The position numbers and the translations under genes were made by a program. 64,000 bases of DNA. It comes from an uncultured bacterium. GTDB taxonomy: Bacteria > Hinthialibacterota > Hinthialibacteria > Hinthialibacterales > Hinthialibacteraceae. The notes beneath the pieces were generated by a model, which saw nothing but the letters and a program-made list of their open reading frames with translations, had not been told where the DNA came from and made no database searches. Position 1 is the first letter of the stretch. The number at the start of each line of letters is the position of its first letter. Below, piece by piece: positions 9,357-18,991 of the stretch. Where the stretch lies: positions 200,654-264,653 of the forward strand of contig CAYQOX010000001.1 of assembly GCA_964419335.1 (NCBI GenBank), written 5' to 3'.

Positions 9357-11264
9357 ATGAAGATTCGTTGGTTTAGCGTTTTTGTTCTATTTATTCTTGG
9401 TTTCGTATTTCCATTTCCGGTATGTGCCGAAGTGGCGCAAGTGGCGCCGGGAGTTTATTTTCGTCCAGCTCAAGGGTATTGCAATGTAGGATGGGTGGTT
9501 TTTGAAGATTATGTTCTGGTAATTGATTCCTCAGTGCAAAAAGATGCAGTCAAGATTATTGAAGACATTCGCGAAACCACAAATAAACCGATTCGCTTTG
9601 TGTTTAATACCCATCATCACTGGGATCATGCCTATGGAAATGGGGTTTTTGCGCGTGAGGGGGCCACGATCGTCTCGAGTGAACCCTGCCGTGATTTGCT
9701 GCAAGAAGAAATTGACGCTAATCCGGAGAAATTTTCCCATGATGAAACCGATATGGAAGACGTGGAAAATATGAAACCCACATTGCCAAGTATAACCTTC
9801 GAAGACCTTATGGTGTTCGATGACGGGAAGCAACGAGTGGAACTTTTACATTTTGGGCATGGGCACACCAAAGGTGACGCGGTGGCTTATTTGCCTGAGC
9901 ATAATATTCTTTTTACGGGCGATGCCTGCGTGAATGGTGCGTTTAATTATATGGGGGAAGCTCACATAAATGAATGGAAAAAACTTCTTTCTCATTTGCA
10001 GGGCTATGATATTAAAACAATATGTCCTGGACATGGAGAATTGGCTGACAAAGAGTTACTGGTAACTCAGAAAAAGTATTTCATTCAATTGGAAGAACAG
10101 GTACAAGCCTCAGTGGATGAAGGATTGAGTTTAGAAGAGACCCAAAAAAATGTCGATATTCCTTGGTACAAAGATTGGACGGGGCAAGAACCAACCAAGG
10201 CCAATATTCGCTACATGTACCGTTATCTTTCTGGTTTAATTACCCCGTGGGAAGTGCTCGAACATGCATGGGAAGGCGGAAAATCTTATAGCCAAGACAC
10301 ACCGGGATGGAAAAAGCCGGAAAAAATGCTGGTGCGCTGGATGAGTAATCAAGAAATGAAAGCGCTCAAAATCATTGCACCGGATATGGAATTCGTACAA
10401 GTGCGATCTGATGAGGAGATCATGCGCGAGATTGAAGATGCTGATGCCGTGGTTGGGCGGGTTAATCAAGAGCAACTGGCGGCGGCAGAAAAATTAAAGT
10501 GGGTTCATTCTCCTAGTGCTGGGGTTGAAGGATATCTCTATCCCGAGTTTGTAGAAAGTCCCGTCACTCTCACCAATGGGCAAGGAATGATGGGGCCTGC
10601 GATTGCCGATCATGTCTTGGGAATGACGCTCATGTTTACTAAAGCGTTGGCCGTACAACATGAACGTAAATTACAAGCGAAGTGGGGACAGGATCGCTCT
10701 CAGCCCATCATGGATTTGGAAGACAAAACCATGTTGATTCTTGGACTTGGCGGTATTGGCAGCGAAGTGGCGGAACGAGCTAAAGGCTTTGGTATGCTCG
10801 TGAAAGCGATCGATCCTAGGCCTATGGAAAAACCACATTGGATTAGTTCTATTGGCAAGCCGGATGAACTGCATGATCTGCTTCCCGAGGCGGATGTGGT
10901 GGCGTGTTGTGTACCCCTAACCGAACATACGTACCGCTATTTCGGAAAAGAAGAATTTGATTTAATGAAACCGACCTCTTATTTTATTAATATCGCTCGC
11001 GGGAAAGTCGTCGTGCAAGAAGAATTGGTTGATGCGTTGAAAAATGGGGATATTGCGGGGGCGGGATTGGATGTGACCGATCCCGAACCTTTACCTGAAG
11101 ATCATGAACTGTGGGAGTTGAAAAACGTCGTGATTACTCCGCATATGTCCGCTCGCACCGTGGAGAGTGGATATCGAAGAAATCTTCTGCTACGTGAAAA
11201 TATCCGGCGATTTGCAAAAGGAGAGCCTTTGTTGAATGTGGTTGATAAAGAAGCGGGATATTGA
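9357..11264 (+). CDS. Fusion protein: N-terminal signal peptide + MBL-fold metallo-hydrolase domain + C-terminal D-isomer-specific 2-hydroxyacid dehydrogenase domain
   Basis: GGAGG ribosome-binding site 8 nt before ATG 9357 (MKIRWFSVFVLFILGFVFPFPVCAEV is signal-peptide-like). MBL motifs HHHWDH, GHGHTKGD and CPGHGE in the N-terminal half. The C-terminal half carries the NAD-binding GLGGIGSEVA..GFGM.V..D motif and ITPHMSA (catalytic His) of 2-hydroxyacid dehydrogenases. Confidence 0.7.
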   Translation: MKIRWFSVFVLFILGFVFPFPVCAEVAQVAPGVYFRPAQGYCNVGWVVFEDYVLVIDSSVQKDAVKIIEDIRETTNKPIRFVFNTHHHWDHAYGNGVFAREGATIVSSEPCRDLLQEEIDANPEKFSHDETDMEDVENMKPTLPSITFEDLMVFDDGKQRVELLHFGHGHTKGDAVAYLPEHNILFTGDACVNGAFNYMGEAHINEWKKLLSHLQGYDIKTICPGHGELADKELLVTQKKYFIQLEEQVQASVDEGLSLEETQKNVDIPWYKDWTGQEPTKANIRYMYRYLSGLITPWEVLEHAWEGGKSYSQDTPGWKKPEKMLVRWMSNQEMKALKIIAPDMEFVQVRSDEEIMREIEDADAVVGRVNQEQLAAAEKLKWVHSPSAGVEGYLYPEFVESPVTLTNGQGMMGPAIADHVLGMTLMFTKALAVQHERKLQAKWGQDRSQPIMDLEDKTMLILGLGGIGSEVAERAKGFGMLVKAIDPRPMEKPHWISSIGKPDELHDLLPEADVVACCVPLTEHTYRYFGKEEFDLMKPTSYFINIARGKVVVQEELVDALKNGDIAGAGLDVTDPEPLPEDHELWELKNVVITPHMSARTVESGYRRNLLLRENIRRFAKGEPLLNVVDKEAGY

Positions 11265-11438
11265 TTCACAAATCATTCCCCTTGATCTCCAACTCATTGA
11301 CCAATCTTCAATGGATAGTCCGAGTATATGTGATAAAGCCTTATCATTCGTAACCAGTATTGCATTTCGGGTTAGAACATGTGAGGCAATCAGCGCATTT
11401 GCCATGATTTGTCATGAAAATGTATATAAAACTGGATT

Positions 11439-12545
11439 TTACGAACACTCTTTGGCTAAGCGTGCCAAGATTTCTAGTCCACGGTCGATGGTATCATCAT
11501 CGGCGGCATAGGAAATGCGGATGTGGGTGTTGCGTTCAGAAAAGACGCTTCCGGGTACGATGAGTAGATCGTTTTCGATGGCTTTGCGAACGAAGGCGTC
11601 GCCGTCTTTGTTGGGTGCTTCGGGGAAAATGTAAAAAGCGCCGCCAGGTTTGACCACGTTGAAATGGGGTTGTAACCCCTTGTATATACGATCGCGTTTG
11701 GCTTTGTATTCCATGCGTTTAACTTCGATATCCAGATCAAGCGCTGCCATTCCCGCATATTGAGCAAAACTGGGCGCGCAGACAAAGGAGTACATTTGGA
11801 TATTCATCATGGCTCCGATTAAATCCTCGGGACCGTAAGCATATCCTAGTCTCCAGCCGGTCATGGCGGAAGATTTGGAAAAGCCAGAAAGGACCAGCGT
11901 ATTGGGATAAAACTCCGCCGGAGATTGAGGCTGGGTATCATACAAAAACCCTTCATAAATTTCATCGGATAGTATCGTAAGCCCGTGCTTATCAGCGAGA
12001 CGTGCGATTTCCTTGAGAACCTCGGGTGAGTAGACAGTCCCGGTAGGATTGCAGGGACTATTGACGAAGATCGCTTTGGTACGCGGAGTGATGAGGCCTT
12101 CCATTTTGTCAGGATCGATGGTGAACTCGGGGTAGGTATCGAGAAATACCGGCTTAGCGCCTATGAAGTTGGTTAAATGCTTATACATGACGAAATAGGG
12201 ATCGGGAACGATGATTTCGTCGCCATCATCCAACAAGGCCATTAGTGAAAGTAGTATACCCCCTGAAACGCCTGAGGTGATCATGACTTCACCCTGTTCG
12301 ATACCACGGGCTGCGTAAAGTTTTTTAATCTTTTCACGAAATTCTGCTAATCCCGCGGTTTGGGTGTATCCATTTTTTCCAGCGCGAATCGATTCGATTG
12401 CGACTTCTTTTAATTCATCAGGTACATCGAAATGCGGTTGTCCAATGGATAAGTTGCAGGGGTCTTTCATATCGGCGGCGAGAGCAAACACCTTACGGAT
12501 GCCGGAAGAGTCGATTCGCGCAGTACGTTGTGCCAGTTTTGTCAT
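11439..12545 (-). CDS. Pyridoxal-phosphate-dependent aminotransferase, class I/II (aspartate/aromatic aminotransferase-like)
   Basis: 368 aa. Family blocks SGFSKSSAMTGWRLGY (PLP-lysine region) and NPCNPTG. Confidence 0.8.
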   Translation of the reverse strand: MTKLAQRTARIDSSGIRKVFALAADMKDPCNLSIGQPHFDVPDELKEVAIESIRAGKNGYTQTAGLAEFREKIKKLYAARGIEQGEVMITSGVSGGILLSLMALLDDGDEIIVPDPYFVMYKHLTNFIGAKPVFLDTYPEFTIDPDKMEGLITPRTKAIFVNSPCNPTGTVYSPEVLKEIARLADKHGLTILSDEIYEGFLYDTQPQSPAEFYPNTLVLSGFSKSSAMTGWRLGYAYGPEDLIGAMMNIQMYSFVCAPSFAQYAGMAALDLDIEVKRMEYKAKRDRIYKGLQPHFNVVKPGGAFYIFPEAPNKDGDAFVRKAIENDLLIVPGSVFSERNTHIRISYAADDDTIDRGLEILARLAKECS

Positions 12546-12635
12546 AATTATCCCTCAGGAAAGCGAATTTGATTTGGTGGGCATTATAGAGGTTTTCTTC
12601 TTTCCGATGTAGATGTTTTAACGTGTTTTGTTTCC

Positions 12636-12664
12636 ATAAAAAAGGCACGGATTTTCCGTGCCTT
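12636..12664 (-). terminator. Rho-independent terminator downstream of the YHS-domain gene
   Basis: 9-bp perfect stem AAGGCACGG/CCGTGCCTT with ATTTT loop. Minus-strand transcript shows the hairpin followed by UUUUUUAU (plus-strand A-run 12637-12642). Confidence 0.5.
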
Positions 12665-12690
12665 TACATGGAAGAACGGCGAAAAGGAGA

Positions 12691-13392
12691 TCATTTTTCA
12701 GCGTTGGCGAGGACAATACCCTTATCAGCCATCGCTTCCAAGTATTCTTCTTTCTTTTCTTTAAAGGGGGCTTCACATCCTTCGCAGCAGAAATGGACTT
12801 TTTTCCCATCTACCACTGAGGAAACATCCTTGTCGATTTCACCGCCCGAGATGGGGCATGTTTCTTGTTCAAAGGTAAGCAAAACAGGGGCTTGTTTATT
12901 TTCGATCATCTTTTTTACGTATTTTTCTGGTTCTTTGTTGAAAGCGGTCTTGCAATCAGGGCAGCAGAATTTTACCAGTTTGTTCTCTTTAATTGTGTAA
13001 ATTTCATCATTGACGGGATTTCCAGCAACAGGACATGTGGACTGTTTTTCGAATCCTTCTGCTAAATATGGCTCTTGGTCATTTTTCCGAATTTGCAAAA
13101 TTGCGCTGAGGGGATCCTTTTTGATGGGTTCTTCGCAGGCTTTGCAGCAGGTCATGATTTCATAACCCATATAAACCACTGAATCTTCGGGAGTAATGTC
13201 TCCACCCATGATGGCGCATTTCCTTTGCTTGTCTCGCTCCTTCGTGGCTTTGAGTTCTTTTTCAATGCGTTTTGCTTCCTTTTTTGACTCTGCTTCTTCT
13301 GAGGTAAAACCGGGGGTGATTAAGGCCATACAGATGATGGCAATGATACCAACTCCTACCTTGCGTATCATAATTATTATTCCTCCTAACAT
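12691..13392 (-). CDS. Secreted protein with three tandem YHS-type metal-binding domains
   Basis: N-terminal hydrophobic signal region. Three repeats of C-x-(V/I)-x-G-x..I...G-K-x-V-x-F-C-C-x-x-C-x-x-x-F-x-x-x-P-x-x-Y (CAIMGG..TCCKACEEP, CPVAGN..FCCPDCKTAF, CPISGG..FCCEGCEAPF). Confidence 0.7.
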   Translation of the reverse strand: MLGGIIIMIRKVGVGIIAIICMALITPGFTSEEAESKKEAKRIEKELKATKERDKQRKCAIMGGDITPEDSVVYMGYEIMTCCKACEEPIKKDPLSAILQIRKNDQEPYLAEGFEKQSTCPVAGNPVNDEIYTIKENKLVKFCCPDCKTAFNKEPEKYVKKMIENKQAPVLLTFEQETCPISGGEIDKDVSSVVDGKKVHFCCEGCEAPFKEKKEEYLEAMADKGIVLANAEK

Positions 13393-13758
13393 AGATTAAT
13401 TTTACTAAATTAATTATATTAGTAATATTAATTAATGCCAAAAGTTTTCTTTGTATTTCTTGAACTCAAGAGAAAATTGTGGAACAATATATTATCGAAT
13501 GCTTATATAGCGAAAGGACGATATTGGGTGTGAATGAAAGTAAAATTGTATATTATCCAAGAGTATAAGTTGAGATAATAGATCATTTTAGAAAAATAGT
13601 GAAAGAACTCTTTGTTTTTTACGCCTGTTTGATAGAATCTTTTAGATAAGTTGGAAGAAAGACTTATGCGGATTAATAGAGTGAGATATCTCTTTCATGT
13701 CAAAATACTAACGTTATTGTGTATGTTTACGAAATCTTGATAGAAGCGGGAGCTGTCC

Positions 13759-14388
13759 ATGTCCACTCCTCATGAATCACATTTTTTCCTTCACCGTTTG
13801 CAATCGTTATTAGGAATTATTCCTGTGGGTGTCTTTGTCTTGGAGCATGCCTATAGCAATAGTTTGGCCTATTTTTATGGGGCGGAGAAGTTTAACGAAC
13901 AAGTTGAGTTTTTACAAAATCTTCCCTTCGTTTTATTTTTGGAGATTTTCTTTATTGGTCTTCCCATTCTCCTTCATGCGTTAATCGGCTTTTATATCTG
14001 GATTTATGGACAAAGCAATGTTCATCAGTATGGCTATTTAAGAAACTGGTTGTATTCTCTCCAGCGTTGGACGGGGATCATCGCGATTATCTTCATTGTC
14101 TTTCATGTGTATAAGTTGCGTATTGAGTGGACCTTTACAACCGATATGAAGCATATTGGATTTGCGTATGTCAACGAGTATTTTGATAAAGCGTGGCACG
14201 TAATCTTCTATTTTATAGGCGTTTCCGCAGTCGCTTTCCACTTTGGTAATGGGGTTTGGAATTTCTTAGTTAAGTGGGGGATCACGGTCGGCGAGCGTGC
14301 CCAGCGAGTGTCAGGTTATCTTTGCACGGCCGCGGGATTGTTTGTCTTTTTCTTGTTCATTTCTTCGCTCTATGCATTCGCCGGCTAA
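13759..14388 (+). CDS. sdhC: Succinate dehydrogenase/fumarate reductase cytochrome b subunit (b558 type)
   Basis: 209-aa polytopic membrane protein immediately upstream of sdhA and sdhB. Size and His-bearing helices consistent with the Bacillus-type single anchor subunit. Confidence 0.8.
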   Translation: MSTPHESHFFLHRLQSLLGIIPVGVFVLEHAYSNSLAYFYGAEKFNEQVEFLQNLPFVLFLEIFFIGLPILLHALIGFYIWIYGQSNVHQYGYLRNWLYSLQRWTGIIAIIFIVFHVYKLRIEWTFTTDMKHIGFAYVNEYFDKAWHVIFYFIGVSAVAFHFGNGVWNFLVKWGITVGERAQRVSGYLCTAAGLFVFFLFISSLYAFAG

Positions 14389-14475
14389 AGACTCTTCTCA
14401 CTCGGGGCTCATTATTAGAGTGAAAAACAAAACAATGATCTAAAGTTGAAAAGCAAAGGAAGGAGTTAAACCAGA

Positions 14476-16347
14476 ATGGCCTCTCCTCATTTCATAGTAG
14501 TTGGTGGTGGACTCGCCGGGTTAATGACGGTAATTCAACTCGCCGAAGCGGGTCACACCGTGGATCTTTTCTCCGTGGTTCCTGTGAAGCGTTCTCACTC
14601 CGTATGTGCACAAGGTGGAATCAACGGCGCCGTAAACACAAAAGGGGAAGGGGATTCACCTGAGATTCACTTTTACGATACCGTCAAAGGGGGAGATTTC
14701 CTCGCCCATCAAGCTTTTTGTAAGGATATGTGTTATCAGGCACCAGCGATTATTTATCTGATGGATCGCATGGGGGTAACCTTCAACCGTACAGATGAAG
14801 GGATGTTGGATTTTCGCCGCTTTGGAGGCACTTTGTACAACCGCACAGCGTTTGCAGGAGCAACCACGGGTCAGCAATTGCTCTATGCTCTCGATGAGCA
14901 GGTGCGGCGCTATGAAGTCGAAGGCTTAGTGAATAAATATGAGCATTTGGAATATCTCGGATTGGTCAAAGATGAGAATGGCGTAGCGCGGGGAATCGTT
15001 ACAGCAGATTTGGATAATTTAGAAGTCCAATCTTTTAAAGGAGATGCCGTGCTTTTAGCCACGGGAGGGCCGGGATTGATTTTCGGCCGCTCGACCAACT
15101 CGATGATAAACACCGGTTCTGCTGCTTCTTCCGCTTATCAAGAAGGAGCAAAGTATGCCAATGGTGAATTTATCCAAATTCACCCCACGGCGATCCCAGG
15201 CTATGACAAACTTCGTCTGATGTCTGAATCTGCTCGGGGTGAAGGAGGCCGTGTGTGGGTGCCAAAGAAAAAAGGGGATGACCGCGATCCCAAAGATATC
15301 CCGGATAACGAGCGTTGGTATTTCTTGGAAGAAAAGTATCCCCGTTATGGGAACTTAGTCCCACGAGATATTGGCGCCCAAGAGATTTATGATGTATGTG
15401 TGCGCCAAGGGTTAGGCGTTGGCGGTGGAAATATGGTCTATCTCGATCTGAGTCATATCCCCCGTGATTATTTGAACCGTAAACTCGGCGGGATTATGGA
15501 AATTTACGAGAAATTTGTTGGCGATGACCCACGGGATGTTCCCATGAAAATCTTTCCGGCGGTGCATTACAGCATGGGGGGGATATGGGTTGGTTATGAG
15601 AAAACGACCGAAGGTTTCTTAGATCGCCGCAGTCCGAAAAATCACATGACCAACATTCCCGGTCTTTATGCCGTGGGTGAGGTTGATTACCAGTATCATG
15701 GAGCCAACCGCCTTGGAGCCAATGCGTTATTATCGTGTATCTTTGGCGGGATGGTTGCCGGACCTTCAGCGATTGAATATACCAAAAACTTGAACGGCAC
15801 CGCTGAAGATCAGCCAACTTCTCTTTTTGAAGAAGTGGAAAAGAAATGGAAAGAGAAATTTTTCTATTATCAGAATATGAAGGGTAAAGAAAATCCCTAC
15901 AAGTTGCATCAAGAACTGGGTGAATTGATGATTCGTACTTGCACGATTGTTCGCCATAACGAGGAATTAAAAGAAACCTTACAAACATTGGATGAAATGT
16001 CCGAGCGTTGGAAGGATTGCAATGCTTTAGATACGGGAAAAGCGCGTAATCAGCCAGTGCTATTTATTAATCAACTCAAAAATATGCTTGAACTGGCAAA
16101 AGTGATTGCCAAAGGGGCTTTATTACGCGACGAATGCCGTGGAAGCCATTATAAGCCTGAATATAAGATGGAGCAGCCCAAGGATCAGGATTCTCCTGAA
16201 TATCAGCAATATTTAGAGGAGTGGAAAGAGAACAATCAGAAATGGTTGAAGACCACCATTGCTACCTGGTCAGAACAAGGACCGGAGATATCCTATGAAG
16301 ATGTAGATACCAGCATGATTGAACCGGTACCTCGTCGTTATGATTGA
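14476..16347 (+). CDS. sdhA: Succinate dehydrogenase flavoprotein subunit
   Basis: FIVVGGGLAGL FAD motif, HSVCAQGGINGA (covalent FAD His region), HYSMGG. 623 aa. Confidence 0.9.
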   Translation: MASPHFIVVGGGLAGLMTVIQLAEAGHTVDLFSVVPVKRSHSVCAQGGINGAVNTKGEGDSPEIHFYDTVKGGDFLAHQAFCKDMCYQAPAIIYLMDRMGVTFNRTDEGMLDFRRFGGTLYNRTAFAGATTGQQLLYALDEQVRRYEVEGLVNKYEHLEYLGLVKDENGVARGIVTADLDNLEVQSFKGDAVLLATGGPGLIFGRSTNSMINTGSAASSAYQEGAKYANGEFIQIHPTAIPGYDKLRLMSESARGEGGRVWVPKKKGDDRDPKDIPDNERWYFLEEKYPRYGNLVPRDIGAQEIYDVCVRQGLGVGGGNMVYLDLSHIPRDYLNRKLGGIMEIYEKFVGDDPRDVPMKIFPAVHYSMGGIWVGYEKTTEGFLDRRSPKNHMTNIPGLYAVGEVDYQYHGANRLGANALLSCIFGGMVAGPSAIEYTKNLNGTAEDQPTSLFEEVEKKWKEKFFYYQNMKGKENPYKLHQELGELMIRTCTIVRHNEELKETLQTLDEMSERWKDCNALDTGKARNQPVLFINQLKNMLELAKVIAKGALLRDECRGSHYKPEYKMEQPKDQDSPEYQQYLEEWKENNQKWLKTTIATWSEQGPEISYEDVDTSMIEPVPRRYD

Positions 16348-16387
16348 TCGAAATCCCTTGTGTGATTCTAATAAAAGGTATTGAGCT

Positions 16388-17134
16388 ATGACGGATAAGA
16401 TTGAAATAAAAGTAAAACGACAAAAAGATGAAGAATCTGCCTCCTATTGGGAAGATTTTCTCGTAGATTATCAGCCCAATATGAATGTGATTACTTTGTT
16501 ACAGGAAATCCAACGTGATCCTGTCAATGCCCAAGGAGAGGCAACAACCCCGGTGGCCTGGGATTGCAGCTGCCTGGAAGAAGTTTGCGGCGCCTGTACG
16601 ATGATTATTAATGGTCATGTACAGCAATCTTGCAGCGCCTTGGTGGATCAATTGGAGCAGCCCATTATCCTCGAACCGATGGGGAAATTCCCGGTGGTTC
16701 GTGACTTGGTGGTCGATCGTCAACGTATGTTTGAGGACTTGAAACGCATTCGCGCCTGGATCGATATCGATGGCACTTATGATCTCGGACCGGGACCCAA
16801 ACAGAATCCCAAGGATCAGCAGGATATGTACTTATATTCACGCTGCATGACATGCGGATGCTGTGTGGAGGCGTGCCCGCAGTATAATGAACTTAACAAC
16901 TTTATAGGGCCAGCGGCGTTAGGGCAAACCTATCTCTTCAATAAAAATCCAACCGGACAATTTAAAAAAGAAGAACGGCTGCGCGCCTTGATGGATGAAG
17001 GCGGGATTCATGAATGTGGAAACGCACAGAACTGCATCCGTGTTTGCCCGAAAGAGATTCCACTGACTCGTGGTATTGCGGCTTTAAATGGACAAACTAT
17101 GACCCAGTTTATCAAGGATCTCCTCCTTAAATAA
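16388..17134 (+). CDS. sdhB: Succinate dehydrogenase iron-sulfur subunit
   Basis: CxxxxC..C 2Fe-2S motif (CSCLEEVCGAC), CMTCGCC..CP and CIRVCP 4Fe/3Fe cluster motifs. Confidence 0.9.
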   Translation: MTDKIEIKVKRQKDEESASYWEDFLVDYQPNMNVITLLQEIQRDPVNAQGEATTPVAWDCSCLEEVCGACTMIINGHVQQSCSALVDQLEQPIILEPMGKFPVVRDLVVDRQRMFEDLKRIRAWIDIDGTYDLGPGPKQNPKDQQDMYLYSRCMTCGCCVEACPQYNELNNFIGPAALGQTYLFNKNPTGQFKKEERLRALMDEGGIHECGNAQNCIRVCPKEIPLTRGIAALNGQTMTQFIKDLLLK

Positions 17135-17165
17135 ACTCTAAATTTGAACAGAATGCATTGAGTGA

Positions 17166-17203
17166 AACCCGTTTCTAATCCGAGACGGGTTCTTTCTTTT
17201 TCT
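17166..17203. terminator. Hairpin plus T-run between convergent sdhB and the membrane-protein gene
   Basis: Stem AACCCGT/ACGGGTT (17166-17172 / 17185-17191) followed by TCTTTCTTTTTCTC on the plus strand. Overlaps the stop codon of the minus-strand gene. Confidence 0.4.
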
Positions 17204-18893
17204 CAAACAAATAGGCTCGTAATTTTCCGGATAGAAATACCTGTTTTCCTTCATCGAGTTCTTCAAAGGTTAGCAAGAGGTAAGGTCGTTGAGGTTCGGG
17301 ATCCTCGGGACCTAAGAAATTGGTATTTTTAAAGAGCCAATATTGCAGGTTTGCACGTAAATAGCGACTGGAGGATACATCATGGCAATAAAGAGGTATC
17401 TCTTTCCAGCGTCCTTTTTGTAATTGAGCGCAGAAATTATGAATATCAGAGTATCCCCATCGTTCATTTGCGGTATGTTTTTGCTCGAGTTGGTAGTCAA
17501 TCCCGCAGCCTAAAATGTATGTAAAAAATAGAAAAGTTATCACAATTCCTGCACAACGGTTCCATAGTGCGAAAACTCCAACAAACATAGCCCCCGCCAA
17601 CATAATAAAACTTCCTACCCATACGCCTTCGCCATGGAACTGAAGAACATAATCCAGGGAAGGAGCGTTCGTGAAATAATAGGGGAGACGTTTGAGGCTT
17701 TCCCAGGCATAGGGCATATGCGGGCCTAGGAATCCTAGGAGACTAATACCCACGTATAGACTCATATAACGCCATCGTTGAGAAAAGGAAGAAGAGCTTA
17801 CGCGTCCCATAGCGAGGACCGCTGCGGGTAAACTGATGATATTGGCATAACAAAAATAGCGTAGAAAAACCGTCCATGGTTGGTCTGGTCGGTTTATTTT
17901 CCAGGAAAAAGAAATAATCCAGGAAATAATGGCGACATTACACAAAGCGGTAAAGAAAATTAAGTAGATGATTTCTCTTTGAAAGTAGGAAAAGGAATGT
18001 TTGTTTTTTAAGATATAAAAAAGAGTGAAGACAAGCAGTGAAGGGATAAGCAGACCCCCTTCTAACCATAAAGCCATCCAGTGAAAGAGAAAGCGTGCAA
18101 TAAATAAGCCCAATAGTTGTGGGGTGGGAATAGAATCCTTCAAAGGAATATTCGAGTAAATGGGAGAACTTTCAGTGGAAGAAAGATATCCGGTAAAACT
18201 CCATACTAGTAAAATGGTCAGTCCTGAAATACTCAGTGCGGAGAGCAACGGAATCCAATTTCGTTTCTTACGCCAAGTGCGGAAGAGTATCCAACCCATG
18301 AGGGGAGCGCTTATCGAGATGGATTGAATGCGAGTTAAGGTTAAAGCCGCGACGGAAAGGCCGGCATAGATGCCCTGTTTGTGTGTAGGTTGCTCCCGAA
18401 GCAAGAACGAACATTGATAAATTGTCAAAAGAACGAAAGGAATGGCAAGGTTTTCACTCATCGTCCAGTGTGTGCAAACACTATAAGGATAAACCACATA
18501 GAGCATGCAAGTTCCTAGCGCACTCCATCGATCAAGGAGAAGGCGAGAGAGAGAGTATAGTGGATAGAGGCCCAAATAGAACAAGGCCGGATTCATCCAA
18601 GTTTGTACCCGTTCTAAAAGCATGAAATCTTTGATAAAACAAGCCAGGGATAAAATCAGGGGATAGAGTGGGGGAACCGGGAAATGTTCTTTTAAATCAA
18701 AAGATGAAAAGTTGTAAAAGCCAAAGGCCATATTTTTATAAAATATGGAATCCCAATAAACATCGATAATGGGCGGGTGAATCGTAGCCAGATAACCTTG
18801 GATTAATACCGCAGGAAAATATAGCCAAACAAGGCGAAATTCTCCCTTCGCGTTGACGAGCCATGGGTAAGAAGGATGGATAGCACGATTCAT
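17175..18893 (-). CDS. Polytopic membrane protein, putative GT-C-fold glycosyltransferase (ArnT/PMT-like)
   Basis: 572 aa with roughly 12 predicted TM helices followed by a soluble C-terminal domain. The call rests on architecture only, not on a recognised motif. Confidence 0.4.
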   Translation of the reverse strand: MNRAIHPSYPWLVNAKGEFRLVWLYFPAVLIQGYLATIHPPIIDVYWDSIFYKNMAFGFYNFSSFDLKEHFPVPPLYPLILSLACFIKDFMLLERVQTWMNPALFYLGLYPLYSLSRLLLDRWSALGTCMLYVVYPYSVCTHWTMSENLAIPFVLLTIYQCSFLLREQPTHKQGIYAGLSVAALTLTRIQSISISAPLMGWILFRTWRKKRNWIPLLSALSISGLTILLVWSFTGYLSSTESSPIYSNIPLKDSIPTPQLLGLFIARFLFHWMALWLEGGLLIPSLLVFTLFYILKNKHSFSYFQREIIYLIFFTALCNVAIISWIISFSWKINRPDQPWTVFLRYFCYANIISLPAAVLAMGRVSSSSFSQRWRYMSLYVGISLLGFLGPHMPYAWESLKRLPYYFTNAPSLDYVLQFHGEGVWVGSFIMLAGAMFVGVFALWNRCAGIVITFLFFTYILGCGIDYQLEQKHTANERWGYSDIHNFCAQLQKGRWKEIPLYCHDVSSSRYLRANLQYWLFKNTNFLGPEDPEPQRPYLLLTFEELDEGKQVFLSGKLRAYLFEKKKEPVSD

Positions 18894-18991
18894 AAGTTAT
18901 TTGGGTCGAGTTGGTTTGAATTCCATGAAGATTAACTCATAAGGGGTTTTTTAATCAAGGGTTTCATGAAAGTCGTTAATCATGCTATCAA

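Noticed and set aside
15494-15988. 164-aa minus-strand ORF inside sdhA
   Set aside because: Antisense to the flavoprotein gene, which has intact FAD motifs.
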